NCBI GenBank assembly: GCA_047611865.1 | Contig: JBLFWS010000019.1 | Location: forward strand, 1 to 33,662 | Source: Chlamydiales bacterium | GTDB taxonomy: Bacteria; Chlamydiota; Chlamydiia; Chlamydiales; JBDQID01 | Reading direction: 5' to 3' | DNA: 33,662 bases | Shown here: in pieces, positions 1-8,873 of the stretch | Position numbering within the stretch: position 1 is the first letter of the stretch | How the letters are laid out: the number at the start of each line of letters is the position of its first letter | Translations under genes and position numbers: made by a program | The notes under the pieces: generated by a model | Told to the model about the DNA's origin: nothing | The model's input: the letters and a program-made list of their open reading frames with translations, nothing else | Databases searched by the model: none

Positions 1-90
1 AAGTCTTCTTTGAACATGAACATCTGGATAATCATAGCGCTCTTTCTCAGCTCTTGTCTTGTCTTCTTCTGAAATTAAGATATCAGCCAT
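1..90 (-). CDS. Possible 5' end of a hypothetical protein running off the left edge
   Basis: ATG at 90-88 with GAGG shortly upstream; open for 30 codons to the edge (MADILISEEDKTRAEKERYDYPDVHVQRRL). No family recognised. Confidence 0.3.
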   Translation of the reverse strand, partial: MADILISEEDKTRAEKERYDYPDVHVQRRL

Positions 91-160
91 CTCTTAGCCT
101 CTGTTTTTTTTATCAGAGCCAAGAGGAGCACGACTGCTATCTTACAGTCAATATTTTTTA

Positions 161-652
161 TTGTCGGTCATAAACTTTCAATTCAATGGATCTCTAAATT
201 TGAAACTCTATGCCCGGGCCTGGTATAGACCCACAACAGCATTTAAGAGATTAATGCTTGAAGCGGAATCTTTGGGCAGGAAAGTTCTTTTTCTAAACGA
301 GGCGGATAGAAGGTTGAAAACCTTAGTGGGTGCTATTAAAAATAGAACGCCCCTCAATGAAAAAGATAAGAAGCAATACCCCAAGGACTTGAAAGCACTG
401 AAGAAGACATTTTATGGTTTGCTTGATGCAGATAGAGGTGCTGAAGAAGAGTTTATGTACCAGTTGAAAGATTTAGTGAGACGCTGTGATGTAAAGATGA
501 TTAAAAGAGTGTCCGTCTTAAAGAAGTACTTGAAGGAGAGAGGGTCTGAAAGTAAAGCTACTGAAGATGAAAAAATCTCAAACCTTGAGTCAGGTACTGG
601 GGAGGCAATAGGCTTTTCATTCAGTTATACTGCGAGCGAGTTGAGCACTTAG
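161..652 (+). CDS. Hypothetical Lys/Glu-rich helical protein
   Basis: 163-aa ORF with protein-like composition filling the gap; TTG start uncertain (an internal ATG is possible). No motif recognised. Confidence 0.5.
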   Translation: MSVINFQFNGSLNLKLYARAWYRPTTAFKRLMLEAESLGRKVLFLNEADRRLKTLVGAIKNRTPLNEKDKKQYPKDLKALKKTFYGLLDADRGAEEEFMYQLKDLVRRCDVKMIKRVSVLKKYLKERGSESKATEDEKISNLESGTGEAIGFSFSYTASELST

Positions 653-678
653 AGGTGAAAAACTTTGGTGCAGATATG

Positions 679-742
679 AGGTCGTGTTTTCAAGGTACGA
701 AAGGATCTAAAAGCGGCATTTCGGTATTTAAAAACACGACCT
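679..742. repeat. Short inverted repeat / mini-MITE-like hairpin
   Basis: AGGTCGTGTTTT (679-690) is the exact reverse complement of AAAACACGACCT (731-742); imperfect pairing continues inward (caaggtacgaaa / tttcggtattta). Confidence 0.7.
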
Positions 743-909
743 AGCTCTCTGGCAAGGTTGAATTTGTGGGTATATTTACTGAGATTTTTTCTTCTGGTTT
801 CGCATGGAGATCGAAGTCAAACATTGGGATGTTGCTGAGATCGAATGTGAGACCAGAGGATAAAAGATCAGTGAAGATACCTACAAATTCAATTTTGATG
901 GTGCACTAG
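741..909. repeat. CTAG-bounded long imperfect palindrome (MITE/palindromic-element-like)
   Basis: 48-nt arms 758-805 and 845-892 pair with 39 Watson-Crick, 5 G-T and 4 mismatched positions; CTAG at both ends (741-744, 906-909); inner direct repeat GAGATCGAA (807-815, 837-845). Confidence 0.8.
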
Positions 910-922
910 TGCTCTGTTAAGT

Positions 923-2728
923 TTAAGACTTTTTCTGTTTGTCTTCCAATTCTTGCCAACGAGCATAGTGAGCTTCGAGCTGATCTTGGGCCTCTTGTAA
1001 TTCGGCGCAGATCATTTGTAATTTAGAGGCATCAGCAATGACAGATGGATCTTCCACCTTGGACTGCAACAGCTGCACTGTTTCGTCAGCCTTCTGAATC
1101 TTTCCCTCTATTTGCTCCCATTCGCACTTTTCTTTGTAGTTGAGCTGTTTAGAGGATCCTTTTTTCTTTAGTGCTTTGTTTTTCTCAGCGACCTGCTTAA
1201 TTTGGATTTTTTTCTGTTTTTCCTTGTGCCTTTCCCATTGGGAGTAATCGGCAAAAAGGTTTTCGTCACTAGAGGTTCCTAGCCCAAGAATAGTATCAGA
1301 GACCTGATCAAGAACAAAGCGATCGTGGGTGATTAGGACAATAGCTCCGGGGAAATCTCTAAGGCTTTCTTCTAGAACTTCTAACGTTGGAATATCCAAG
1401 TCATTTGTCGGTTCATCGAGAAGAAGGATGTCGGCGGGTTCGAGCATCAGGCGGGCTATCTGAATTCGAGCCTTTTCTCCTCCTGAAAGCTGACTGATAG
1501 GAAGGTCCAGCCTCTCTTTGGAGAAGAGAAAGCGTGTACACCAGCTGTTTATATGGATATTGCTGCCGAGGTAGTTGACGCTGTCTCCATTGGGGGCCAA
1601 AGCGTCACGTAATGATAGTTCGAGGGGAAGAGCTTCCCTTTGTTGGTCAAAATGAACAATACGTAGGCCTTCTGCCCGTTTGATAGTTCCTTGGTCTGGC
1701 ATGAGGTCTCCAGTAAGTAAACGGAGAAGGGTAGATTTTCCACTGCCGTTTAATCCGGCGATACCGAGCCTGCTTCCGGGGAACAGGGTAAAATCGATGT
1801 GAGCGAAAAGCTGACGATCCCCCATGGTCTTAGAGAGATTTTTCGCTACGAGTAATTTTCTGGTCTGGCGATCTGTGGAGGAGAAGTCTATTTGTGCTGT
1901 GGACTTCTGATTTCTTGATTTGACCTCAGCAAGCTCGTCAATTAATCGGCCAGCCTGATCAATTCGGGACTGGGCTTTGGTGGCGCGAGCTTTAGGGGAT
2001 TTCTTGAGCCATTCCACTTCACGTCGGACTTTAGATGTGAGAGAGCGTTGGTATTGTTCTTGTCCACTAAGGTAATCATCTCTTTTTTCAAGGAATTTAC
2101 TGTAGGAGCCATCAACAGTAAACATTCCTTTGGGATAAGATTTATTGAGTTCCATCATACGAGTGGTGACGTTTTCAAGGAAAACGCGATCATGGCTGAC
2201 GACCAGATAGGTGAGATTCTCTTTTCGAAGAAACTCTTCTAGCCACAAAATCCCTTCTAAGTCCAGATGGTTGGTAGGTTCATCAAGCAAAAGAATATCA
2301 GGTTCTTTAACCAATGCGCAGGCAATATCCAGACGTTTTTTCCAGCCACCTGAAAGGGATTTGGCTTTCTGCTCAGGATCATCGAATCCGATTTTCCCTA
2401 ATATGATTGAGGCTTTCGTCATACGTTCATATTCGTCGAGGGATTTATCTTCTGAAAGGTTTGCCATAATAATATCTTCAAGGCTTTCGTCGGGATAGGT
2501 ACTTGTCTGGGGGACGTAACCTACGTGTACACTACGCTTATACGAGACGCTACCACTGTCGGGCTGTTCGAATTCCGATAAAACTTTTAAAAAAGTGGAT
2601 TTTCCAGAGCCGTTAGGGCCAATGATACCAATGCGGTCACCTCGAAAGATGCCTAAAGAGATATCTTTGAAAAGGTTGTGGGAGGCGTACGATTTGCTAA
2701 GATCTTGGCAACTGAGAAGAAGGGACAT
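923..2728 (-). CDS. uup: ABC-F family ATP-binding protein, Uup-like
   Basis: Two ABC cassettes (GPNGSGKST / LSGGW / LLLDEPTNHLD and GLNGSGKST / LSGGEK / LLLDEPTNDLD), no TM segments, linker WLKKSPKARATK, C-terminal coiled coil ending ARWQELE as in Uup. Confidence 0.9.
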   Translation of the reverse strand: MSLLLSCQDLSKSYASHNLFKDISLGIFRGDRIGIIGPNGSGKSTFLKVLSEFEQPDSGSVSYKRSVHVGYVPQTSTYPDESLEDIIMANLSEDKSLDEYERMTKASIILGKIGFDDPEQKAKSLSGGWKKRLDIACALVKEPDILLLDEPTNHLDLEGILWLEEFLRKENLTYLVVSHDRVFLENVTTRMMELNKSYPKGMFTVDGSYSKFLEKRDDYLSGQEQYQRSLTSKVRREVEWLKKSPKARATKAQSRIDQAGRLIDELAEVKSRNQKSTAQIDFSSTDRQTRKLLVAKNLSKTMGDRQLFAHIDFTLFPGSRLGIAGLNGSGKSTLLRLLTGDLMPDQGTIKRAEGLRIVHFDQQREALPLELSLRDALAPNGDSVNYLGSNIHINSWCTRFLFSKERLDLPISQLSGGEKARIQIARLMLEPADILLLDEPTNDLDIPTLEVLEESLRDFPGAIVLITHDRFVLDQVSDTILGLGTSSDENLFADYSQWERHKEKQKKIQIKQVAEKNKALKKKGSSKQLNYKEKCEWEQIEGKIQKADETVQLLQSKVEDPSVIADASKLQMICAELQEAQDQLEAHYARWQELEDKQKKS

Positions 2729-2730
2729 GA

Positions 2731-3222
2731 TTAATCGGTGGTTTTTGGGGTTTTACGGAGATTCTTTTTATCTGAGTGCTGACGTTTATCTTCCAGCATT
2801 CTAAGCTTTGAACGACGGGAACGGCGTTGCTTTTGGCGTCGGACTTTTTCAATAGCTTGTTGTTTTGCGGACTTTTCTACGTTGTTAATTTCTTCCAGGC
2901 GTTCACAAAGCTTGCGGCGAGCAAAAAAACGGTTCATTTCACGAGATCTGCTACCTTGGCACTTGATTTCGATACTGGAGGGGATGTGTTTAAGGTAAAC
3001 ACACGAGTTGGTCTTATTGACCTTCTGCCCTCCACTACCGGAAGCAAGGATGAATTTTTCGATCAGATCATCGTCGGAAATACCAAGGAGGGCCATCCTT
3101 TTGTGGAGCTGTTTATATTTTTCTTCTGAAATAGCCAAGAGGAGAGCCTTAAAATTATTGCAATACAACAGGATAGGTCCTGGAGCAAAGACATTATCAC
3201 CTATAGATGAACTTATTTTCAA
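2731..3222 (-). CDS. Peptide-chain-release-factor-like GGQ peptidyl-tRNA hydrolase (ArfB/C12orf65-like)
   Basis: F..ASGSGGQKVNKTNSCVYLKH.P..I.IKCQ.SRSR..NR motif plus a very basic C-terminal tail. True start may be the TTG at 3138 (about 135 aa). Ends 2 nt before uup. Confidence 0.85.
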   Translation of the reverse strand: MKISSSIGDNVFAPGPILLYCNNFKALLLAISEEKYKQLHKRMALLGISDDDLIEKFILASGSGGQKVNKTNSCVYLKHIPSSIEIKCQGSRSREMNRFFARRKLCERLEEINNVEKSAKQQAIEKVRRQKQRRSRRSKLRMLEDKRQHSDKKNLRKTPKTTD

Positions 3223-3305
3223 GTAGTATACCGGAAGGGGATTAAAGTTTTGCCTTCATAAATCCGATATTACCTCATGGATTCTGCTTATCTATAGGAG
3301 ATGAG

Positions 3306-4343
3306 ATGTCTTCAATTGGTCCAGCATTTGAAAGTAAGGTGAAATCTCTAGAGGAGAGCTATGTCACCATGGAAATTCAACTTGCGACATTAGGAGATGA
3401 TGGCAGGATAAGCGCTGCTTTGGAAGAAATGGAGGTTTATAAAAAAAGTTTAGAACAAATAAGGATTAAAAAAGATCGTTTGCAAGGGATTATTCACAGG
3501 GAATCTCTTAGTGGAAGGCATGATGAAAAAGCTAAAACCATGTACAATTTTTTGGAAAAGATCTCTTTGGATAAACTGAATTACAGATTGGAAATCAAAC
3601 AAGAAGACTTACAAAACCGTCTCGCTAAAATAGAAGAGAGAAAAAAAAGGGTCAAAGTTGAAGGCTCTTTCAAAAAGGCTGATGAAAGAATCTATCTGGA
3701 GGAATTGGAGAAAGCGGACAGATATGGCATATGGTACGATGGAGTTCATAAAGTCGGCGGGTGTGCAGCGCGATATAAGAGTTTTGAGGAATATCTGAAA
3801 TCGAGCCAGGACAGGGCGAGATTAGCTTGCGTGATTGTTGGTCGAGGCCTTCGAAAGAGCGGTTTGGTGGAATCTCCCTATCAGGATAAATCAGAAAACC
3901 ATGGGGACAAAGAGGTTTTGGAACTCCGTAAGAATTACGAACCTTGGCATATCCATAACAGGCCAGAAGGAGCACCCGATATGTATGCGGATTTTTCTAA
4001 CAACACTCATATACTATTAATCCCAGATAACTCAGTTGAAGAGGTGTACCTTGAAAACCTTCAAGGGAGAGAAAGAGGTAGGCATGTCCTTCATAAACTT
4101 CAGATATACCTGAACGCTTTCCGTATTCTTAAGGCAGGAGGTGCTTTGGTGGTAGATAACTCCATTAAGGGGGATCAGGTTCCTGAAATTGAACGATTTA
4201 TGTTTAAAAAGGAGCAGACTGTCATGATTAGGAAATCTATGAGAAAAGCGGGCTTTCTGGTCCTTAGAAACACAGTAGTTGACAGTGCTCGAAACAATAG
4301 AGAATCAGAAAAAATTATAGCTGTGAAACATCTTCAACAGTAA
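3306..4343 (+). CDS. Hypothetical protein: N-terminal coiled coil, C-terminal class I SAM-methyltransferase-like domain
   Basis: AGGAG RBS before ATG; Glu/Lys-rich heptad N-half; C-half motifs VIVGRG, PDMYADF, IPDNSVEEVYL, AFRILKAGGALV resemble class I MTase elements. Confidence 0.6.
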   Translation: MSSIGPAFESKVKSLEESYVTMEIQLATLGDDGRISAALEEMEVYKKSLEQIRIKKDRLQGIIHRESLSGRHDEKAKTMYNFLEKISLDKLNYRLEIKQEDLQNRLAKIEERKKRVKVEGSFKKADERIYLEELEKADRYGIWYDGVHKVGGCAARYKSFEEYLKSSQDRARLACVIVGRGLRKSGLVESPYQDKSENHGDKEVLELRKNYEPWHIHNRPEGAPDMYADFSNNTHILLIPDNSVEEVYLENLQGRERGRHVLHKLQIYLNAFRILKAGGALVVDNSIKGDQVPEIERFMFKKEQTVMIRKSMRKAGFLVLRNTVVDSARNNRESEKIIAVKHLQQ

Positions 4344-4347
4344 ATGA

Positions 4348-4803
4348 TCATTTCCTCAAATTAAAGTGTTTTCTTATACGCTCAAGTCTTTTGCGGTTGG
4401 CTCCAAAGTCATAGTAGCCCGATCGTGAGGCAGACCTTATATGTATGAGTTTGTTCTCAGCTTCGTAAGAAAATTCGACATCGTCCACAAAAGAGAACAG
4501 CATGGAACGAAACTCGACATGGAGATAATTTTCTTCCTGGGTGATAATGGATGTTCCGGACATTTTTTCGATAATAGGGATAAGGAGAGAGAAAGGGTGT
4601 TCTTTTCCTTCGTAGAGGAGGGGGTCAATGGTATGGGTGGGGTTATCAGACTTGCTGTTGATACAATTTGGAGAATTTGGGCACGGGACAAACTTTTCGT
4701 GTTTTTTCGTCATCACTATAGAAGCTCCTTCGCAATAAAATGAAATCGTGAGGATGAAGAGAAAGGTAATAACTGAGCTTTTTGTTATTCTAAGCATTCC
4801 CAT
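4348..4803 (-). CDS. DUF1499 family protein
   Basis: N-terminal hydrophobic segment; PCPNSPNCINS, YLHVEFRS.LF.FVDDVEF, IHIRSASRSGYYDFGANRKRLE. Confidence 0.9.
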   Translation of the reverse strand: MGMLRITKSSVITFLFILTISFYCEGASIVMTKKHEKFVPCPNSPNCINSKSDNPTHTIDPLLYEGKEHPFSLLIPIIEKMSGTSIITQEENYLHVEFRSMLFSFVDDVEFSYEAENKLIHIRSASRSGYYDFGANRKRLERIRKHFNLRK

Positions 4804-5016
4804 TTAGACCATCCTGATTTTTTGTTGACAAAACATGAGATAACGTTTACCTACTTTTTTTTCAAAACTTAAAATGATAGCACGATTACCTTAAGCTTGT
4901 ATCTGTTTCGGTATAGAAAAAACTTACTTCAGAATTTTAAGTTTTCCTGAGAGTAGTGTAAATCAAAAGCGGATTCTTGAACTCGCTTTGCTGCAAATGA
5001 TAATGAGGGAGATAAA

Positions 5017-5994
5017 TTGAAGCCTGCAATTACTACACTTATCGTTCAATCACCCGAATATACGAGACACCTCACAGGACAAGGACACCCTGAATCACCA
5101 TCGCGCTATCGCGCTATTGTTGAAGCTTTATCTCAGACAGGGCTAGCAGGTGAAAATAATGTACTTCCTCCCCGCTCTGCATCGGCAGAAGATGTATTGC
5201 GTTGTCACACGGAGGAATACCTGGCCATCGTAGAAAGAGATGTGACGTTGTCGGGGCTACGTGGTATCGATGATGGAACTTACCCACTTAGCACTGGCGA
5301 TGCTACGGTATGCCCGGAATCTTTAAAAGTAGCATTACTTGCAGCAGGGGGAGTGCTTACGGGAGTTGATGCTGTGATGGAGGGAAAAGCAAAGAATGTC
5401 TTTTGTGTAGTTCGCCCTCCAGGACACCATGCTTGCAGCAATCAAGGGATGGGCTTTTGTCTTTTTAATAATGTGGCCATCGGGGCGCGTTATGTGCAGG
5501 AAAAGTATGGAATCGACAGAGTTTTGATCGTTGATTGGGACGTTCATCATGGGAATGGAACACAAGAGATCTTTGAAGAGGATCCCACCGTTTTTTACTT
5601 CAGTACACACCGCGAACACTTCTATCCCATGGGTTGTGGACAAGCAGAACAGAAGGGTTATGGAGAGGGTTTGGGAACAACATTAAATGTTCCAATACCT
5701 CCAGGGCCTGTTTCGCGTGGGAAAGTGTTGGAGGCATTTAAAACCAGGCTTGTAGAAGCGATGAAAACATTTCAACCACAGGTGGTTTTTATTTCAGCAG
5801 GGTTTGACGCTCACTATCTGGATCCATTGGGAGGTTTTACATTACAAGATGAGGATTTTGCCATTCTTACAAAGATCATCTGCTACGTTGCTGATCAGTA
5901 TGCAGAGGGAAGGCTCGTATCTGTTCTTGAAGGAGGCTACAGCTTGAAAGGGCTCTCTACAGCTGCCACAGCTCATGTTCGTGCACTACAATAA
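5017..5994 (+). CDS. Histone deacetylase family protein (class II-like Zn-dependent amidohydrolase)
   Basis: HPESPSR, RPPGHHA, GFCLFNNVA, DWDVHHGNGTQ, SAGFDAH..DPLG, LEGGY; TTG start after GAGGGA. Confidence 0.93.
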   Translation: MKPAITTLIVQSPEYTRHLTGQGHPESPSRYRAIVEALSQTGLAGENNVLPPRSASAEDVLRCHTEEYLAIVERDVTLSGLRGIDDGTYPLSTGDATVCPESLKVALLAAGGVLTGVDAVMEGKAKNVFCVVRPPGHHACSNQGMGFCLFNNVAIGARYVQEKYGIDRVLIVDWDVHHGNGTQEIFEEDPTVFYFSTHREHFYPMGCGQAEQKGYGEGLGTTLNVPIPPGPVSRGKVLEAFKTRLVEAMKTFQPQVVFISAGFDAHYLDPLGGFTLQDEDFAILTKIICYVADQYAEGRLVSVLEGGYSLKGLSTAATAHVRALQ

Positions 5995-6267
5995 CTGTTT
6001 GGGTCGTATATAAAATCAGTAGGCTGTTGTTAGATACACGACCTGGATTACCACTTAGAAAATGTAAGAACAAAAAATAGCTCTTGTCAAAAACCGTAGG
6101 TTTTTTCATCATTACACAGCAAATAGAAATTAAAATTTTATAGTTCAGGGGGACATATCGAAGCTCATAATACGGAAAATCGCCGCGGCTTCCCAATAGG
6201 TTACACACCCATTACAAGGGAAGGGGAGGAGAAAGAAGATACGGGTATTGATTTTGGAATTCTGAAG

Positions 6268-6972
6268 TTGAAAGCTGGGGAAACATTTTGTGAGAAAACC
6301 GAAAAAGAAACGGCATACTTGCATATGAACGGAATTTTACATGTTAGGTCTGGCGAAAAGATCTATTCCAATACCAGAAACTCTCTATTTGATGATGCTC
6401 CTTTTTGCGTCCATGTCTCTTCAGAAACAGATGTGATCTTTCGGGCAGAAAGCGAAGTGGAAATTGCGATCAGCAGAACGACAAATGAAGACAGTTTTCC
6501 CGTAGAATTCTATACCCCCTCCTTAGTCGATAACGAACGTCGTGGTGCTGGGCAAGTTGATGGGGCCTGCTTGCGATGGGTCAGGACTATTTTTGATGAC
6601 AGCATCTCTCACCCCAATGCAAAACTCGTTTTGGGTGAAGTGGTGAATATGCCCGGACGTTGGTCTAGTTACCCCCCTCATCACCATCCTCAACCGGAAA
6701 TTTATCACTACCGCTTTACTGATGATAAGGGATATGGTCATGCCGAATTAGGAGATGAAGTTTTGAAGGTACGACCAAATGATACCATAAAAATTTTGCA
6801 TAACAATGACCATGCACAATGTTCGGCTCCTGGATACGGGATGTACTATATATGGGTGATAAGGCATTTGGCGAACCTCCGTTATACAGTACCAGAGTTT
6901 ACGGAAGAACATTCCTGGACACGAGATGAAAACGCAACTTTTTGGAAGCCACAAGTGGAGGTGACGGTATGA
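6268..6972 (+). CDS. iolB: 5-deoxy-glucuronate isomerase (KduI/IolB family)
   Basis: GEVVNMPGRWSSYPPHHHPQPEIYHYRF and H.Q.SAPGY.MYYIW.IRH motifs; first gene of the iol cluster. Frame is open upstream to 6127, so the real start is probably earlier (see findings). Confidence 0.88.
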   Translation: MKAGETFCEKTEKETAYLHMNGILHVRSGEKIYSNTRNSLFDDAPFCVHVSSETDVIFRAESEVEIAISRTTNEDSFPVEFYTPSLVDNERRGAGQVDGACLRWVRTIFDDSISHPNAKLVLGEVVNMPGRWSSYPPHHHPQPEIYHYRFTDDKGYGHAELGDEVLKVRPNDTIKILHNNDHAQCSAPGYGMYYIWVIRHLANLRYTVPEFTEEHSWTRDENATFWKPQVEVTV

Positions 6973-8873
6973 ACCGTAGAGAATTTGACTTAATATGTAT
7001 GGGAAGAGCAGCGGTTGACCTCTATGCCGACCAGATCGGCGCAGATTTGGAAAACGCGACGTCATTTACGAAGTATCTTGGAGGTTGCCCGGCAAATGTT
7101 GCAGTAGGTACTTCACGGCTCGGTTTGCAAACGGCTATGTTAACGCGTGTAGGTCATGAAGCTATGGGACGTTTCGTCAAAGGAACCCTAAAAGATGAGG
7201 GCGTTGATGTTTCTATGGTACTCGAAGACCCGGATCGCCTTACAGGTCTTGTGCTGTTGGGAGTAAACCCACCAGATAACTTCCCGTTGATTTTCTACCG
7301 AGAAAACTGTGCAGATGCAGCGATGGAAGAAGATGACTTTTCAGTGGAATCTTTCGAGAGAGCACGGGCCTTATTAGTGACTGGGACGCATTTTTCTACA
7401 GAAGAATTATTCAAGACTTCGTGTAAGGCTGTGGAATATGCAAAATCAGTAGACACGAAGATTATATTAGATATCGACTTTCGTCCTGTTTTGTGGGGCC
7501 TTACCGGTCATGGCGATGGAGAATCCCGATATGTGGAGGCTAGCATCGTTGCGGAAAGGTTTAAAACAATTTTCGACATGTGCGATTTAATCGTAGGGAC
7601 CGATGAAGAGTTGAAAATAGCATCGGGACAGCGAGATGTTGACGATGCGATTGCCTATCTGAAACAAGAGTCTTCCGGGCTTATTGTACGCAAAAAAGGA
7701 AAAGAAGGTTGTGAAGTTCATGCAAATTATTCTCCTGAAGCAATTATAGGAGAGGGATTCCAAGTGCCGATATTTAATGTACTTGGTGCGGGAGATGCTT
7801 TTCTTAGTGGTTTTCTTAGAGGATGGCTCGTAGGTCAACCTCTTTCTACATGTTGCACATGGGGTAATGCCTGTGGTGCTCTTGTGGTCAGCCGTCATGG
7901 ATGTTCAGCAGCAATACCTTTTTGGCTAGAGTTGCAGGAATTTCTCGCAAGCAGAGGTCAGCTCAACCTTCCAGATCTGGAAAGAAGGCATGCTGCATTA
8001 AGCCGTTTCCCAAAAGAGGTAAATAACCTCTGTGTTATGGCGTTTGATCATCGCAGCTTTTTCACTAAGTACAGAGTACCTACTGGGAAAGTATCGTCTT
8101 TCAAAGCTCTTCTTTATCTTGCTCTTTTACAGGTCGATTCCGAAAAACTTCCTGTGCAACTCGGAACTGTGTTGGATGTGAACTCCTCCTCCTCCTTCTT
8201 GAACGAAATTGACACAAAAAGTCTCTGGTGCGCCTCCTGTATAGAAGAACCGGATACTTTTCCTCTAGAGTTTGTAGGGAATAAAGAGGCGGCAATGCTT
8301 TTGCGGAATAGGCCAAAACAACACGTAGTTAAAGTACTTGTCAAGCACCCTCTTGGTATCAGTCCGCAGGATTTTGAGAGGCAGGTACAGAAGCTTCGGA
8401 ATCTGCAACATGCATGTACAGATTGGGAGCAAGAACTGCTTGTGGAGTTGATTCCTCAACCCTCCACTCCCGAGTGTCTGAAGACGCTTCCTCAGTTGAT
8501 AGAAGATTATTATGAGGAGGGAATCTTTCCAACCTGGTGGAAATTGCCTCCCATTGAAGATGAACAAACATGGGAACGAGTTCGTTTTGTGATTGCACAA
8601 AATGATCAGAATTGTCGTGGTGTTTTGATTCTGGGGTATAATGAAGATCTTCAGCAGTTGTCTCAGACACTGCAGAAACTTAGCTCTTACGACTTCATTA
8701 AAGGTTTTGTCGTGGGGCGTAGTATCTGGGGAGAAGCGGCAGAAAAATGGTTTAAAGATGAAATGAGTGATGAGGAAGTCGTGGAAGAGGTCGTTTCCCG
8801 CTATACTTTTCTGATCAATGCATGGCGTCAAAAACCTGCAAACGTAGGAAGCGATGACAGTTTTATTGAGTAA
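6969..8873 (+). CDS. iolC: 5-dehydro-2-deoxygluconokinase with C-terminal DUF2090 aldolase-like domain
   Basis: PfkB kinase motifs (DLICMGRAAVDLY, KYLGGCPANVAVG, DIDFRPVLW, NVLGAGDAF) then AFDHR...WWKL...GFVVGRSIW domain; ATG 6969 overlaps the iolB stop (ATGA). Confidence 0.93.
   Translation: MNRREFDLICMGRAAVDLYADQIGADLENATSFTKYLGGCPANVAVGTSRLGLQTAMLTRVGHEAMGRFVKGTLKDEGVDVSMVLEDPDRLTGLVLLGVNPPDNFPLIFYRENCADAAMEEDDFSVESFERARALLVTGTHFSTEELFKTSCKAVEYAKSVDTKIILDIDFRPVLWGLTGHGDGESRYVEASIVAERFKTIFDMCDLIVGTDEELKIASGQRDVDDAIAYLKQESSGLIVRKKGKEGCEVHANYSPEAIIGEGFQVPIFNVLGAGDAFLSGFLRGWLVGQPLSTCCTWGNACGALVVSRHGCSAAIPFWLELQEFLASRGQLNLPDLERRHAALSRFPKEVNNLCVMAFDHRSFFTKYRVPTGKVSSFKALLYLALLQVDSEKLPVQLGTVLDVNSSSSFLNEIDTKSLWCASCIEEPDTFPLEFVGNKEAAMLLRNRPKQHVVKVLVKHPLGISPQDFERQVQKLRNLQHACTDWEQELLVELIPQPSTPECLKTLPQLIEDYYEEGIFPTWWKLPPIEDEQTWERVRFVIAQNDQNCRGVLILGYNEDLQQLSQTLQKLSSYDFIKGFVVGRSIWGEAAEKWFKDEMSDEEVVEEVVSRYTFLINAWRQKPANVGSDDSFIE

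Noticed and set aside
5017..5994. HDAC as a host-chromatin effector
   Set aside because: Ordinary single-domain bacterial HDAC-family enzyme with no secretion extension or localisation signal seen.
6084..6112. iol promoter/operator (TTGTCA-17-CATCAT with AAAAACC/GGTTTTT palindrome)
   Set aside because: Weak -10 and a low-complexity palindrome in AT-rich DNA; cannot be supported without TSS data.
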